Shown here: positions 27,327 through 49,590 of the stretch, piece after piece | Numbering within the stretch: position 1 is the first letter of the stretch | Layout: each line of letters begins with the position of its first letter | DNA from: the human T2T-CHM13v2.0 reference genome, Homo sapiens | Length of the DNA: 64,000 nt | Strand: one strand, 5' to 3' | Assembly (NCBI RefSeq): GCF_009914755.1 | Contig: NC_060941.1 | Position numbers and translations under genes: made by a program | Notes under the pieces: generated by a model | What the model was told of the DNA's origin: nothing | The model's database searches: none | Seen by the model: the letters and a program-made list of their open reading frames with translations, nothing else

Positions 27327-28651
27327 GACTACAAGGAGCTAGAGCAACACGGAGCTCCCTTTGGCTCAGGCGAACACAGGACCCACAAGAGTCCAGAGTG
27401 GGATCAGAGGCTGAGCCCAAAGGCGTCTGGCCTAAGGGGAGGTCCACGGTGCTGATCAAGATGGTGTCTGTCCACAGTGTCCAGCCTGTCATGGAATTAG
27501 AACTATAGGACACCTAACTTGGCCCAAACCAACACAGAACCCAGCCCAGGGTGTCAGGGAGCCTGTAGCAGCCCACACTGAGACAGGGCTCACAGGGCCT
27601 GGAGTGACATGGAGCCTGGTGGGGTGGGACTGAATGATAGGGCGCCCATGTTGCTTCAGGAAATCACAGAGCCCACAGGGATTAGACTGAAGTGGTGCCC
27701 GTTTTGGTCCAGAGTGACATGGAACCCACAGTGGCCACAGGGGTCTGGACTGACTTGGAACTCAGAAAGGACTAACAGAGGTGATGGCCACATTTGCTCA
27801 GGGTGACATAGAGCTCATCAGGACTTGGACCAACTGGACCAACCAGGCACCCAACACAGAGCCCCAGACATGACAGGGGGCTCTCCGTGCAAACTCCAGG
27901 TTGCAGAAGACAGGAAGGGAGGGTCCGGAGGAGGCTGGGAGAGGAGAGGAGCAGGTGCCGGGGAGCAAGGCTGCTCTGTGGCTGCTGTGAGCCTGCCTGC
28001 CGTGGGCTGAGTGCTACTTGGCTGGGCCCCAGAGAGGAGGTGCTGCTGCTGCAAGGCTCAGATGGAGGAGGAAGTGGGAAGCTGGAGGCAGGGTGGGCGC
28101 GAGGCTGGGGTGGGGAGAGCACTTCCTCCCCCAAAGAGGCTTGGCACGGGGGCTGGCCCACTGCCCATGTGGATCCTGGCATTTACACTCCCCGCTCCCA
28201 TTATACACAGGCGATGCGGTGGGTTATGGGTCTGGGACTTACGGACCTCAGATCAAGGAGCATTCAGCGCTGGGGGAACAGACAAACCGATGTCTCCCTG
28301 AATGGAGCACTCAGGGTCCAGAGGAGGAAGGGTTCTCCCTCCTGGCACTGGAGGTCCTTTTGATGCAGCCAGGTCCCTAGGCAGAGTGCCCTGGCCCTAT
28401 TGTGTCCTTGCCCAGAGGAATGCAGAAAACAATGCAGGCTGCCCCTTCCCACATCCCTGGCAAGATCTAGAAATAGGTGCCCACACCTTCGTCTTAACTA
28501 AACCCAGCCCTCCCTCCCGCTTCTGGTCAGATGCCTCTCAGTCCTTGTCCCTACCAAGGGGAGAAGCCCCTCAGAGGCTACCTGCAGCTTCTCTTTATGC
28601 CAAGGTTAATGTAGAGGAGGAAGGGATGGAGGGAGGGGCATTACTATGAAT

Positions 28652-29388
<737 letters not shown>

Positions 29389-29883
29389 CTAGACACAGAG
29401 CTGTGCAGAGCCAAGAGATGCACACGCATGCACGTGGGATAGACGAATGCAGGAGATCGCACACTCGAGGCCGGTGCACACACATGCATATCCAGAGACT
29501 CCTTCCTGACTCACGAACAAACCCAAGGACCCCCTCCAGCAGACACACAGACAGAGCTCCCTGTTCACAGGGCCACACAGACACACATGGACCTCATAAG
29601 CCATAGGCGTGATTCCCCACAGGGGTTCCCTACTCTCTATCCAGCTCCTGCTCCCAGGTCCCCACTCTCTGGGGCACAAAAACAGCAAAGGCAGTCCTGC
29701 TGCCACACTACCAGGGCCATGGGATCAAGGATCACCGCAACCCTGGGAATGGATCCCCAGTCTCCCCTCTTCTCTCCATAAGCTCCTGTCTTTTGGAACT
29801 GCAGTGCTTATTTCCCCAGGACAAGTCTCTCTGTGGGAGGGACCAAGGGTGGAGGACACTTCACTTCCCTACTTCCCTTCTGG

Positions 29884-31316
<1,433 letters not shown>

Positions 31317-31663
31317 AGGAGCAGGAGTCTGAGCCCGTTTGGGAACACGCTTGTCCATCCCTGTCCACCTGAGCTCTGGAGCCCAGCACCTGCCCTCCAC
31401 AGAGGCCTTCCTCTCTTCTTTCCGGTGTCCCCAACCCCTCCCTCTCTCCTAACGCACTGTAATCGTGCTGGATCCTGGGTTCGTTCTAGAGCCTTCCTCA
31501 TCTCTGCCCTTCCTCATCCAAGTTCCTCAAAAGAGATGCATGGGCTGGATCTGCTTCTTTCCCTCCCGTTTCATCCCTACTCCCCAGGAAGATCTCACTA
31601 GAGTCACTGGTGCCATCCTGCTTGCCAAGGCCAGTGGACCTTCCTCATCCTGTATCTGATCTT

Positions 31664-31972
<309 letters not shown>

Positions 31973-32029
31973 TGACATTCCACCCTGTTTTCCTCCTTTC
32001 TTGATACTCTCCTCCTTTGATTATTGGAT

Positions 32030-32611
32030 GAGTTAGGGTAAGTTGTGTTCGTTAGGCCAATATTTTATTTTATTATGTTTTAATTTTCCATTGTATTAAT
32101 TTGGCTAATTATTTTTTCATTAGGTTAATTCTCTGTATTATTTGGGCTATGCTAAACTGTTTAGCTTAGTCTAAGTTGTACTGGTTAGGCTAAACTCCTA
32201 GAACAAAGAGATCCAAAAAAAGATGATGGCTTGAAGAATGTAAAATTTGCTTCTTTCCTGTGTTGCAGGTGAACACTCCAGGTCAGCCGGGAGCTCTCAC
32301 AGCCATTCGGGGACCAGGCTCCTTCCATGTGCTGCTGTGCTGCCCCCTAGGGCCCTGCCAGTGACTCAGGACCGAAGCTGAGTGACTGCCATGCCGGGTT
32401 CCAGCCAGCAGGAAGGGCAAGGGAGTGTGGGGCGGGCAGGCCCAGGGTCTTAAAGCCCAGGCTGGGAGAGGCACACACCCCTTCCCCTTCGCAGCCCAGT
32501 GGTGGGAATTAAATCACATAGTCATACCTGACCGCAAAGGGGCTGGGAAATGTGCCTACCCAGTTGGCACAGGGAGCTCAGATTTGGGTGGACAATGAGC
32601 AGTGGTCACCA
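32030..32611 (-). mobile_element. MLT1K/L-type MaLR LTR with a decayed pentanucleotide expansion at its left end
   Basis: gatggcttgaagaa...cagccattcggggaccaggctccttccat...ttccagccagcaggaagg...caaaggggctgggaaatgtg. Confidence 0.65.
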
Positions 32612-32697
32612 GAGCCCCCAGAGCCTCCCCCTCTCTCCCTCCTCTCCACCCTCTCTCTCCCCACTCTCTCCCTGGCCATTCCTCCCCAGCCCCCGCC

Positions 32698-33015
32698 TTT
32701 TTTTGTTGTTTTTTTTTTTTGAGACAAAGCCTCCCTCTTTTGCCCACCACAGGCTGGAGTGCAGTGGCATGATCATGGCTCACTGCTTCCTCGACCTCCT
32801 GGGCTCAAGTGATCCACCTCAACCTCCCACAAAGCTGGGACTACAGGCACGAACCACCATGCCCAGCTAATTTTTTTTTTTTTTTTAATTTTTAGTAGAG
32901 ACAAAATCTGACTATGTTGACCAGGCTGGTCTCAAACTCCTGGGCTCAAGTGATCCGTACTCCTTGCCCTCCCAAAGTGCTGGGATTACAGGCGTGAGCT
33001 GCCACGGCACTTGGC
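32698..33015 (-). mobile_element. AluJ
   Basis: Antisense Alu. Confidence 0.88.
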
Positions 33016-33836
33016 TCCCCTTTGTAAATGTGCCCCAGGGCTCTGTTCTTGGCCCTTTTCTCACCCCACATGCATGCCTTGGCCATTCCCGTCCAATCCT
33101 GTCTGATGCCCTAAAGCCTCCCTACCTCCAGCTCAGGCCTCTCTCAGCCACAAACCCACGCAGGCAACAGGGCCAAATCTGGGACTCAAGCCACACTCCT
33201 CCTCTGCCTCACCCCACATTCAATCTGTCACCAAAGCTGGTGAGTCTACCTTGTAAGGACCCCCTCACCGAGACTGTCCTCTCCTTCTCCCCGCCGACCC
33301 CGCCCCCGAATGGGTTCTCACAGCCTCCACCCCTGCCCCCCTGCCTCTACCCCCAGGGACTCCACACCAGCCTCCCATGAATCATGAAATGTGAGTATTC
33401 ACCCTGCCTGTTCCTGAGCCCTCTTCTCTCACAGTCTGATTGGGTCACCCTTCAGGGGCTCCCTCTTGTCTTCAGAATCAACTCCTTACCCTAACATATA
33501 AGACCTTTTGTGATCTGACCTCGGTCTACTTCATCTCTTGTCACATGTACCCTGTGCTCCAGCCACTCAAATCTTGGCACTTTTGTGTGTGCTCTGCCCC
33601 AGTGCCTCCCGGCCTTCACTTCAGGGATTCCTATATCCTTGAAGACTCAATTCAGAGAGCTCCTTCTCTGAGAAGCCCCCTCTGATGCCCTGATGCTCTT
33701 CCCACATGCTCCACTGTTCCCTCAACCTCACCAGTCTCCACCTCTATGCCTGTCTTGTCCTGATTGCTCACTTACCTCTCTCCCCTGCTAGGTGGTGAGC
33801 TGTCGGAGAGCAATATGAGGTTTTAGTTATTTCTCA

Positions 33837-36484
<2,648 letters not shown>

Positions 36485-37138
36485 TCAGACAGACCAGAGC
36501 TACTTTGCTCCTCCACTGGCTGTGTGACCTCAGGCAAGTTAATTAACCTCTCTGAGTCCCATTTCCTCATCTGCTAAACAAATAGTACTTATCTATTGCT
36601 ATGAAAGCAAAATAATGCCTGTAAAACACCTGACACCTGCTTAAGTTCCTTGTGTGCAGAGACCACGTCTTGCACATCGATCCCCCTCAGGGCTCTCACT
36701 CCATGGCCTGGGAGAATGAATCCCTTCCCCAGCCACCCTTCTCTGGCTCGCCATCCTCTTTCTGGTGCTAGCAGACAGCAGCATCTAGTGGACAAGCTCT
36801 GGAACTGCATTCTGGCCAAGGGTCACTCGCCAAGCTGCTGTGCAGTCATTTAAATGAGGCTTTTTAAAAATGCTTTAGACAAGGGTGGAGGGGTCAGGAG
36901 GAACGGAGGTGGGGTGAAATGCATTGGGCAAGTATTCATTAGGTGCCTGCTGTGTGCAAGGCACTGATCCAGGACCTTAAAAAATGAAGCAAGAGATACA
37001 AGATCACTGTAGAAGGACACAAGAAAAATCACAAATAATTATAACTTTGTCATCAATACCCTAACTTTTTATCTTAGAGAAAATGTGAACACAGCATAGG
37101 GGGACTTGGCACACTGGACAGTGTCTTCTCAGGAAGTG

Positions 37139-37457
37139 TTTTTTGTTTTTGTTTTTGAGACAGGGTCTCGTTTTGTCACCCAGGCTGGAGTGCAGTGGAG
37201 TGATCACAGCTCACTGCAGCCTTGATCTCCCTGAAGTGGCTGAGCAATCGTCCCACTTCAGCCTCCAGAGTAGTTGGGACTACAGGTGCACGCCACCACA
37301 CCCAGCTTGTTTTTTGTTTTTGTTTGTTTGTTTGTTTTTGGTAGCATCAAGTTCTCCCTATGTTGTCCAGGCTGGCTCAAACTCCTGGGCTCAAGTGATT
37401 CTCCCCGCCTTGGCCTCCCAAAGTGCTGGGATTACAGACACAAGCTACCTTGCCAGC
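37139..37457 (-). mobile_element. AluJ
   Basis: Antisense Alu; TSD cttctcaggaagt. Confidence 0.88.
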
Positions 37458-37689
37458 CTTCTCAGGAAGTTTTTACAATTGCAGGGGCGATTTTTTTTTG
37501 AAATGGTTGTTACATGTCAATGACTCTCAGTTAAGGCCAAGGCAATAAAATGAAAGCTTAGGTCAGGAAGGTTCTGCCTCGAGTCCCCTGACCCAGGTTC
37601 TCCATAGACAGAGGGGAGCGGGAGTGTCTGGCCCCAAAGCCGCACTCGCCCTCCACACTCCACAGTCCCTTCCTACCAGACACAGAAGA

Positions 37690-38900
37690 GTGAAGAGGGT
37701 CTAGAGGTGGCATGAAGCACATCTAACTGGGGGAATCAAAAAATACTTCATGGGAGAGATGACATTTTGCATTGGAGAATGAAGGTAAAGAAAGCAGGGA
37801 GGGGCATGCTGGGGGCGCTGGGGAAGGAAGTGCATTCCAGCCTAGTAGACCAGGTATACCTTCACTGGTATAAAGCGAAGTAATGGGAACCAAGTTGGTT
37901 GAGGGAGCTGGGGGTTAAGGCCAAATCACAGAGGGCTCCAAATGACAGGCCAAGGAGGCTGCATTTAATACTATCAGGGGACCCACTCAGTAAGAAGGTA
38001 AACTGATCTGAGGGCATCAGAGAAAAACCAGACACCCAGAAACTATTAATAGTTAGGTGGCTACTGTCATAGTCCAGCCTAGAGGTAGGGGACACTGCAC
38101 CATGATGGAGTGGAGATTAGAGACAGAATTGTGAGATCCTTGGGAGGGGAGAAGCAGGGGGAGGCTTGGAAATAGATAGCTGTGGGTCAAATGGGAGGAC
38201 CCAGCTGAGAATTCAAGGTGCTGAGTCCAGGGGAAGTAATGGGGAGAAAAGCAGAGCTGTAACCAGAATGTGGACTTGACCAGGGGGACTGCTGTGGGCA
38301 GGGAGCTGTGGGCAGGGACCAGGAGCTTGGTCTTTGACAGGGGCAAATGAGTTGCCATTGTCCCTGTGGAGATGCGGGACCAAGGCTCAGGAGGGGTGCT
38401 GGAGGGAGAGGAGGCAGGGACAGTCAAGTGGGAGTCATTTACCCATATAGGTGCAAGCTGATGACCTAGGGGAGGAAAACAGAATCCTGCGGGCAGATAG
38501 GGTGGAGGGCAGGCGCCACCGGACTTCATCGGACTTTGTCTTTTTAAAGCTTCTGGGGGAGGGGGGCAAGAGAAGGAGGAGATGGAAGAAGACAGAGGCG
38601 GGACCTTTGGGGACAGAGACCCTTGTGAGTGTCCAGCAGTGTCACAGGCTATGCAGAAGTCCAGGAGTGGTGGCAGGGAGGCAACTGTTGAATTTGAGGT
38701 TGGGGGCTCTCCTGGCTGACCTTGGCAAAAGCGGTTTCAGGGACAGAAGTCAGGCTGCAGAGGTCTAAGAGGTGAGAGGCAGAGGAGCTGGAGGCGGCTG
38801 ATGCTCCCGGGAGGAGGGAGGAGACGGTAAGCAGGGCTGGGATAGGGGAAGGTGAGCGAGGGGTTACTCTGGGGGTCCTGCCAGACCCTGAAGAGGAGGG
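37690..38900 (-). mobile_element. L2 fragments
   Basis: Purine-rich L2-like sequence (ggtggctactgtcatagtccag; gttgaatttgag; gaccttggcaaaagcggtttcag). Confidence 0.55.
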
Positions 38901-39365
38901 TAGAGACCCAGAGGCACATGGAGAGGAGACCCTCTGAGACCCTTTGAGACAGAAGGAAAACAGGTGATGCTGTAAGAGCTTAGAGACCCAGACAGAAATA
39001 AGACTATGACCACCACATCCCTGACAAACCAACGTGGTGGCCACCAGCCCTAGAGGACATGGGACTGGAGGAAGGGAGGGGTAGAAGCAGGGGCTGAAGA
39101 CACCTGGGAGGGAGAGCAGACTTCCTCAGACCCTCTCGGGCTCCAGCGTATTGGCGTGGGAGAGGGAGTCCCAGATTCCCGGGAGCTCAGAGCCTAGGGA
39201 AAGCCAGGGGTCCCTTTCCCCTTTCCCCAGGCGGCTCCTGTTCGGAGAAACTTGTGGCCCTCGCTTGGAAGCACGCTTTTCCCTATTCCAACCCCAAATA
39301 CTCAGTACCTGTTTGCTTCCCCCAGAAGTCTGGGCAAGTTTCTTTCTTTTCTGGGACTCAGTTTC

Positions 39366-40123
<758 letters not shown>

Positions 40124-40769
40124 GTTCCCTATTCTGTAAAATAACTAGAATTAAATCTTATTTGGCCAAAAGGTGTGTTTTTTAACTCGCCACCCCGCCC
40201 CCTTCCAGGTTGAGTTGTAACCCTTTCACTTGCAGGGCGGGGGTGGGGGAGTGAGGGTGGGGGCAGGTGATGCAGGGAGGAAAGAACCTAAATTAACAGC
40301 ATCTCCTCCTGCCCCGAAGAGGAGGAAAGTCCAAGAAGAGTATTTCATGCCCACCAGCCCTTCCTCCTTCACCCAGAGCTCACACCATCATCCCGTGCCC
40401 GGCTCCAGGCAGGCGGGTGGGGCAGACGCTGACCCGGAGCGCGTTACTAAAACCAAGGGGTCTTTGAAAATCAGGGAGTCTGCCTTTCCAGACTTCTGAC
40501 AGCCCCCCTCTTCACAGCGATTCTCTCCCCACCCCTTGTGTCTTCTTCCTCCCGTTCTCCATTCTTGGGGGGCAAAATAAGATGGAGACTCCCGAAGCAC
40601 AGGGTGGAAGGCACTCCCCCACCCCTTCTTCCTCCTCCTCCCACAACACAGCTGGAGGGGGAGGGGAGGTCAGCAGGGTTCACAGAGGCCAGATGTTAAG
40701 GAAAAAGAGAGAAGTGCCCACCCACCCCACCCCCACCCTCACCCCCAAGGAAAGAAAAATGAAAGGAGA

Positions 40770-40798
40770 CAGTTTTTAAAACAAACAAAACTTTTATG
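40770..40798 (-). terminator. EPOP: Probable distal EPOP polyadenylation site (variant hexamer CATAAA)
   Basis: On the minus strand: TGTA upstream (40852-40855), U-rich context, CATAAA (40798-40793), then a U/GU-rich element and G-runs downstream. Confidence 0.55.
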
Positions 40799-41529
40799 GT
40801 CCAAAACAGTTTTTCTCAAGAATCTGCTCTATGCAAACAATAACAACTTTTTACAAAGCATTTTCACAGAAAAGGAGACAAGTCCTTCCCCAGCGTGGGA
40901 ATTGTTCCTCTCGCACCTCGTTTTCGGGGGAAGAGGGGGCGCTATTCACTAGTGCGGGATGGAAGGCGCACTGGGTCCCTCAGTTGTTCGGCAGCTCCAA
41001 AAGCCCCAGCTTCCCTTCATACCTCAACTTGCCATCTCCCTAAGACCTAAGCTCCCCTGACCTCACCTGGGTGGAGGAGAAAGCACTTCCAATCCTCTCT
41101 GACTCAAGATCCTCCTAGCTGGAGGGCATGGCAGAGGGCATGATCCAGGCCTATCTCACCCCTCCCCTGGAAAACAGAACCTCTGACCCCAAACCTAATC
41201 CCCTGGCCCTGCCCCTTTCGGATCCATCAGATCTCTGACAACTCCCGCAATCCCTGAGGCTGGGGTGTTGCGGGGGGAAGCTTAAGGTACCTCAGCCCAG
41301 GTTCCATCCAGACTCAAACTTTGCCCCTTCAAACCCCAGGGGACTCTTGAAGTTAGGCCAAGAGTCCTTTCATTTACCACCTCTGCAAAGTGCAGCTTGT
41401 TTTGTTTCCACTCTTTAAGGGGGCTGAGTTTGGGTGTCCAAAGAATGGACTTGGGCCTGCCTTCCACCTCCACCCCCTCTCATCCATAAATCGGTGGAGG
41501 CCCTCGAAAGGCGACTTGTTTGGTCTGAT

Positions 41530-41535
41530 TTTATT
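41530..41535 (-). terminator. EPOP: Canonical AATAAA, possible proximal EPOP poly(A) signal
   Basis: tttatt on the + strand reads AATAAA on the EPOP sense strand. Confidence 0.4.
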
Positions 41536-42425
41536 GATTTCTTCCACCTTCTATTACTTTCCCTGGGACAGTGTCTAGCCCCTTCCCCAGGCAAAGTAAG
41601 CACTTTCCAGGAGAGGAGGTCCCTCAGCCCTACCCGTCCTAAGGGAAGTAAGTTGGGGGAGGGGGCTGATTAATCAAGGTTGGGGGAAATCTTTCTCACC
41701 GGCCAGACCTTACACTCGGAAAGCAAACAAGGAAAAAACGGGAACTCCAAAACTGGACAAAAGGGAAAGGTCGGCGGCTGAGGCTGAAGATCTCACCAAT
41801 TAAGGGTCACCTGCACTTGAGGGGGCCTAGAAAGGGGACAGGAAGGGGGTGATCTTCCTCTTACCCAAGTTCCCTCACCCATTAAAGGCTCCAGCGGTGC
41901 TTGGAGCGTTAGGGAAGGCCTGAGGGGAGCAAAGGGTTAAAGGCCTGGACAGTGGGGGTGGGGGATGCCCCCAGGGAGCTGCCAATCATCTCCCCACCCC
42001 CACCACAGCCCCGCACCCCAGGCTCGCCCACAGACACAGTAACAACCGGTTTGTCCATCACCGAGGTCTCTCTCTTCTCCCCTTTTTTTTGGGTGGGGGG
42101 GTGTCTTTGAGCGGTGGCCTCCTTTGCTCCCACTGGGGTGCAGGCCCTGCCTCCAACGGTCCGAGATGGAAGGAGGCAGGGATTGGAATCTATGTCATCA
42201 GCCTTCTCCCGACTCCAGCCCTGGGTTCCTCTGCAAAGGATGAGGGGGAGGGACTGTCACCCCGAAAACTTAGGTGCTTGAATGAAGATCACTGTTATTT
42301 AGGTCCCTCTGCCCACAGCTCCTAAAATGTAAAGGAAGGGGACAAATGTGAGAAACGGGGCTCCCTCCTCAAGCCCGCGGTTTGGCCATGGTCCCAACTT
42401 TTCCCCTTTGGCAGAAGTCCCACGG

Positions 42426-43745
<1,320 letters not shown>

Positions 43746-43984
43746 TCACGCGGCCCTCCCGGCGGCCGGACTCCTGGGTCCCTGTGAGTCCCGGCGGGGT
43801 CGGCCGCCCTTCTGCCGCCGCGTCCCCTTCGCAACCCCGGCGGGAGACCCTCTCGAGTCGCCCGAAGCGCAGAGGCAGGGGAAACAAAGCGGCCGGCGGC
43901 CGCGGGAGGCGGGAAGGACCCCGGGCCCGGCACCCGGTGCCCGGGCCCAGGCGGCGGGGAGGGCGCCTTCCGCCCGCTCGGTTT

Positions 43985-44260
43985 CTTTCTTCCCCGCTGG
44001 CTCCCGGAGACCGCGTTATAGAGAACTGCCCCCTCGCTGCCCCAATACCAGCGCCGGGGCCGCGAGCCCGCCGCTGATTGGGCCGCACCGCCCGTGACGT
44101 TAGCCCGGACCCCACCCCTCCGGCGGCACCGCCCCCGTCCCCATTCCGCACACAGACACACACACGTGGACCCGGCGCGGCGGCGGCTGGGAGGGAGCGC
44201 GGGAGGGAGCGTGCGCGGGTGGGATCGCGAGCGGCCAGATGCGCCGCCGCACGTGGCCCG
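43985..44260 (-). promoter_or_regulatory. EPOP: EPOP core/proximal promoter
   Basis: TATAA (minus strand) 44020-44016; CCAAT 44042-44046 and ATTGG 44077-44081; GC boxes 44088 and 44129; CRE-like TGACGTTA 44095-44102; CACGTG 44163-44168 and 44250-44255. Confidence 0.75.
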
Positions 44261-44879
44261 GTGGCGTCCTGGGATTTCGTCGTCGCAAAGCCACTCGTTT
44301 TTTCCCGAGCAGTCACGGTTTTGCATCTGTAAAATGGGACGGTTCATATCTGCCCTCTTGGGACTAAAAGAGCTATGTGAATCAACGTAGATGAATCTCA
44401 GAAATAATGTTTAGGGGAAAGATGAAATGAGGCAATGGTTGTTTACAAGCTTTGCACAGCAGGGATTCTAGCGGGCCGTGAATGGCCCCTAAAACAGTGC
44501 GTGGCACACAGTAGGCTCAAAAATGCTGTAATGTATAAGTAGTTAATAATTCAGTACTTGTATGCAAGATGAACAAAAAAAATAAATTTGGAAGGGTGGG
44601 AGTGTTATTACATCCATGGAAGCCGATAAATAGGCTGTCTCGGTATCTATTTCCATTTCTCTGATGCAGTATCTAAATACTCCGCCTCAACTAAATTCCG
44701 AGGGCTGACTCTGCAACCCCTGACCCCCAATCCCAGGATGCCCCCCTCTGAGGTTTGATCTGCCAAACAGGTTGAAGAGGCCAGAGGAGGGCACGCGCAG
44801 ACCCTCACTCTCATCTGCCCCAAGGAAAATAAAGAAAAAGTGAATTCCCAGTACAAATTCTGATAATGCAGCACACACC

Positions 44880-45120
44880 CCCACCCTGTTCTATCCCCTT
44901 AACCTTCTTTAGTTTCTGCATAGCTTATTGTTACATAAAAGTCTGTAAATGGATTTATTCTTTAGTGTCTGTCTCTCCCATTAGTCTGGAAATGAGTTGA
45001 CGAGAACTTTGTCTTGATCATCGGTGCATCCCCCACTGCCTAGAACAGTGGCCAAGATATAATAGGTGCTCAATCAATATGTGTGAATGAATGAATGAGC
45101 AAGTGAGCGAGTGAATGAAT
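44880..45120 (+). mobile_element. L2 3' end
   Basis: tgtctgtctctcccattag...ctgcctagaacagtgg...taggtgctcaatcaatatgtgtgaatgaatgaatga. Confidence 0.75.
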
Positions 45121-45627
45121 CCTTGGGATATTTCTCTCTTGATAAAAATCAGGTTATTGGAATACTGCCGTTTCCTATCTGTGGAAATACAGAGATTGGT
45201 ATGATGACTTGGGGTAAAGGTGTGGAAGAATGCTGGGGGCGGCCCCACAGATAAATATCTTATTCTGGAGCCAGGACAAGAGAGGGTTTCAGAACGGGGA
45301 CAAATGATGCAGCTTGCCTCCGGGCCCTTCTAGCAGTGACAACAGAGGTGTAGTTTCCCTATGTGTCATCAAATAACATCTGGGAGGACAGGGGTAAGGA
45401 GGATCTGCCTCCCCCACCTGCAAAGTCCAGAGGTAAAGTCCCTAGGTGGGGCGAGGGTTTGAGGAAGGAGGAGGTGTGATGTTCCATTGCCCAAAACACT
45501 CACCCTCTAACATCTGCAGAAGAGCTCTCCAGGGCAGTTGTCACAAGGGGGGATCCTGGGGTCCTGCCAAGTCATGAAGCTGAGCTGGGTCTAGACTCCA
45601 GGGCTCATAATTGCTCAAAAAGCCCAC

Positions 45628-45631
<4 letters not shown>

Positions 45632-45683
<52 letters not shown>
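45632..45683. repeat. (AC)26 microsatellite
   Basis: Perfect 52-bp AC run. Confidence 0.97.
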
Positions 45684-45687
<4 letters not shown>

Positions 45688-46433
45688 AGTTCTGGAAGGA
45701 TGATCTTCATGGCTGTCTCTTCTGCAGGACAGTGCTGAGGACTCATCCTCAACAACAGTGCCTACTTGCACTCCTGTGCCTACCACAGTGTAGACACAAG
45801 GAGAGAATGCCCAAGAAAATGATCAGTATGAATAAATGAGTGAATATTACATAACAGTGCAGATCAATGGCCTCTTCTTTCTCTGCCTCCAAAAGCTCCC
45901 AGCTCCCCCTTCCCCATGTGAGTTTGGGGGCTTTATTGAGGGGTCATTACGATTGTGAGTGCTTCTCTCTGCCTCCACTATCCCTACTTCCCCTTGCTCT
46001 CATCAGGCACCCCAGAATATGGACTCAGGGATGGAATCACTACAAACAGTAGGAGAATAGTGTGAGTGCCTCTCCAGCTGAAAGGAGATCATCAAACCAC
46101 CCTTTATGGCCTGGATGGGGGCGGGGGTGGCGCTGTGCAACCCTGGGCAGGTCACCTAGACACTCTAAGTCTCAATGTCCTTATCAGTGAAAAGGGGACA
46201 ACAGTGGCTTCCTCACATTGTTGGGAGGGTTGAAACATGATGTGAGCAGTCACCAGAACTCACGTGGGCAGGCCCAGCTGCTGCAATTACCATTTCCTCC
46301 GGTAGAGGACACTCGACCCCATCCTCAGCCTGCTATGAGGGCGGCAACACCCTTCTCAGGAACCTCTCCTCCTCATAGGAGAAAAAGAGGGACAAGGCTG
46401 GATGCCGGGTCCCATCTAACACTTCCAGAGTGA

Positions 46434-49590
<3,157 letters not shown>

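Larger units (their letters stand above)
40770..42425 (-). other. EPOP: EPOP 3'UTR (inferred extent)
   Basis: Repeat-free unique sequence from the stop codon to the inferred poly(A) site. Confidence 0.65.

Noticed and set aside
33783-33800. CTCF-like CTGCTAGGTGGTG
   Set aside because: It mismatches core positions and lies in an L2 3'-end relic.
36846-36857. 12-bp palindrome TCATTTAAATGA
   Set aside because: A single short AT-rich palindrome is expected by chance in 64 kb.
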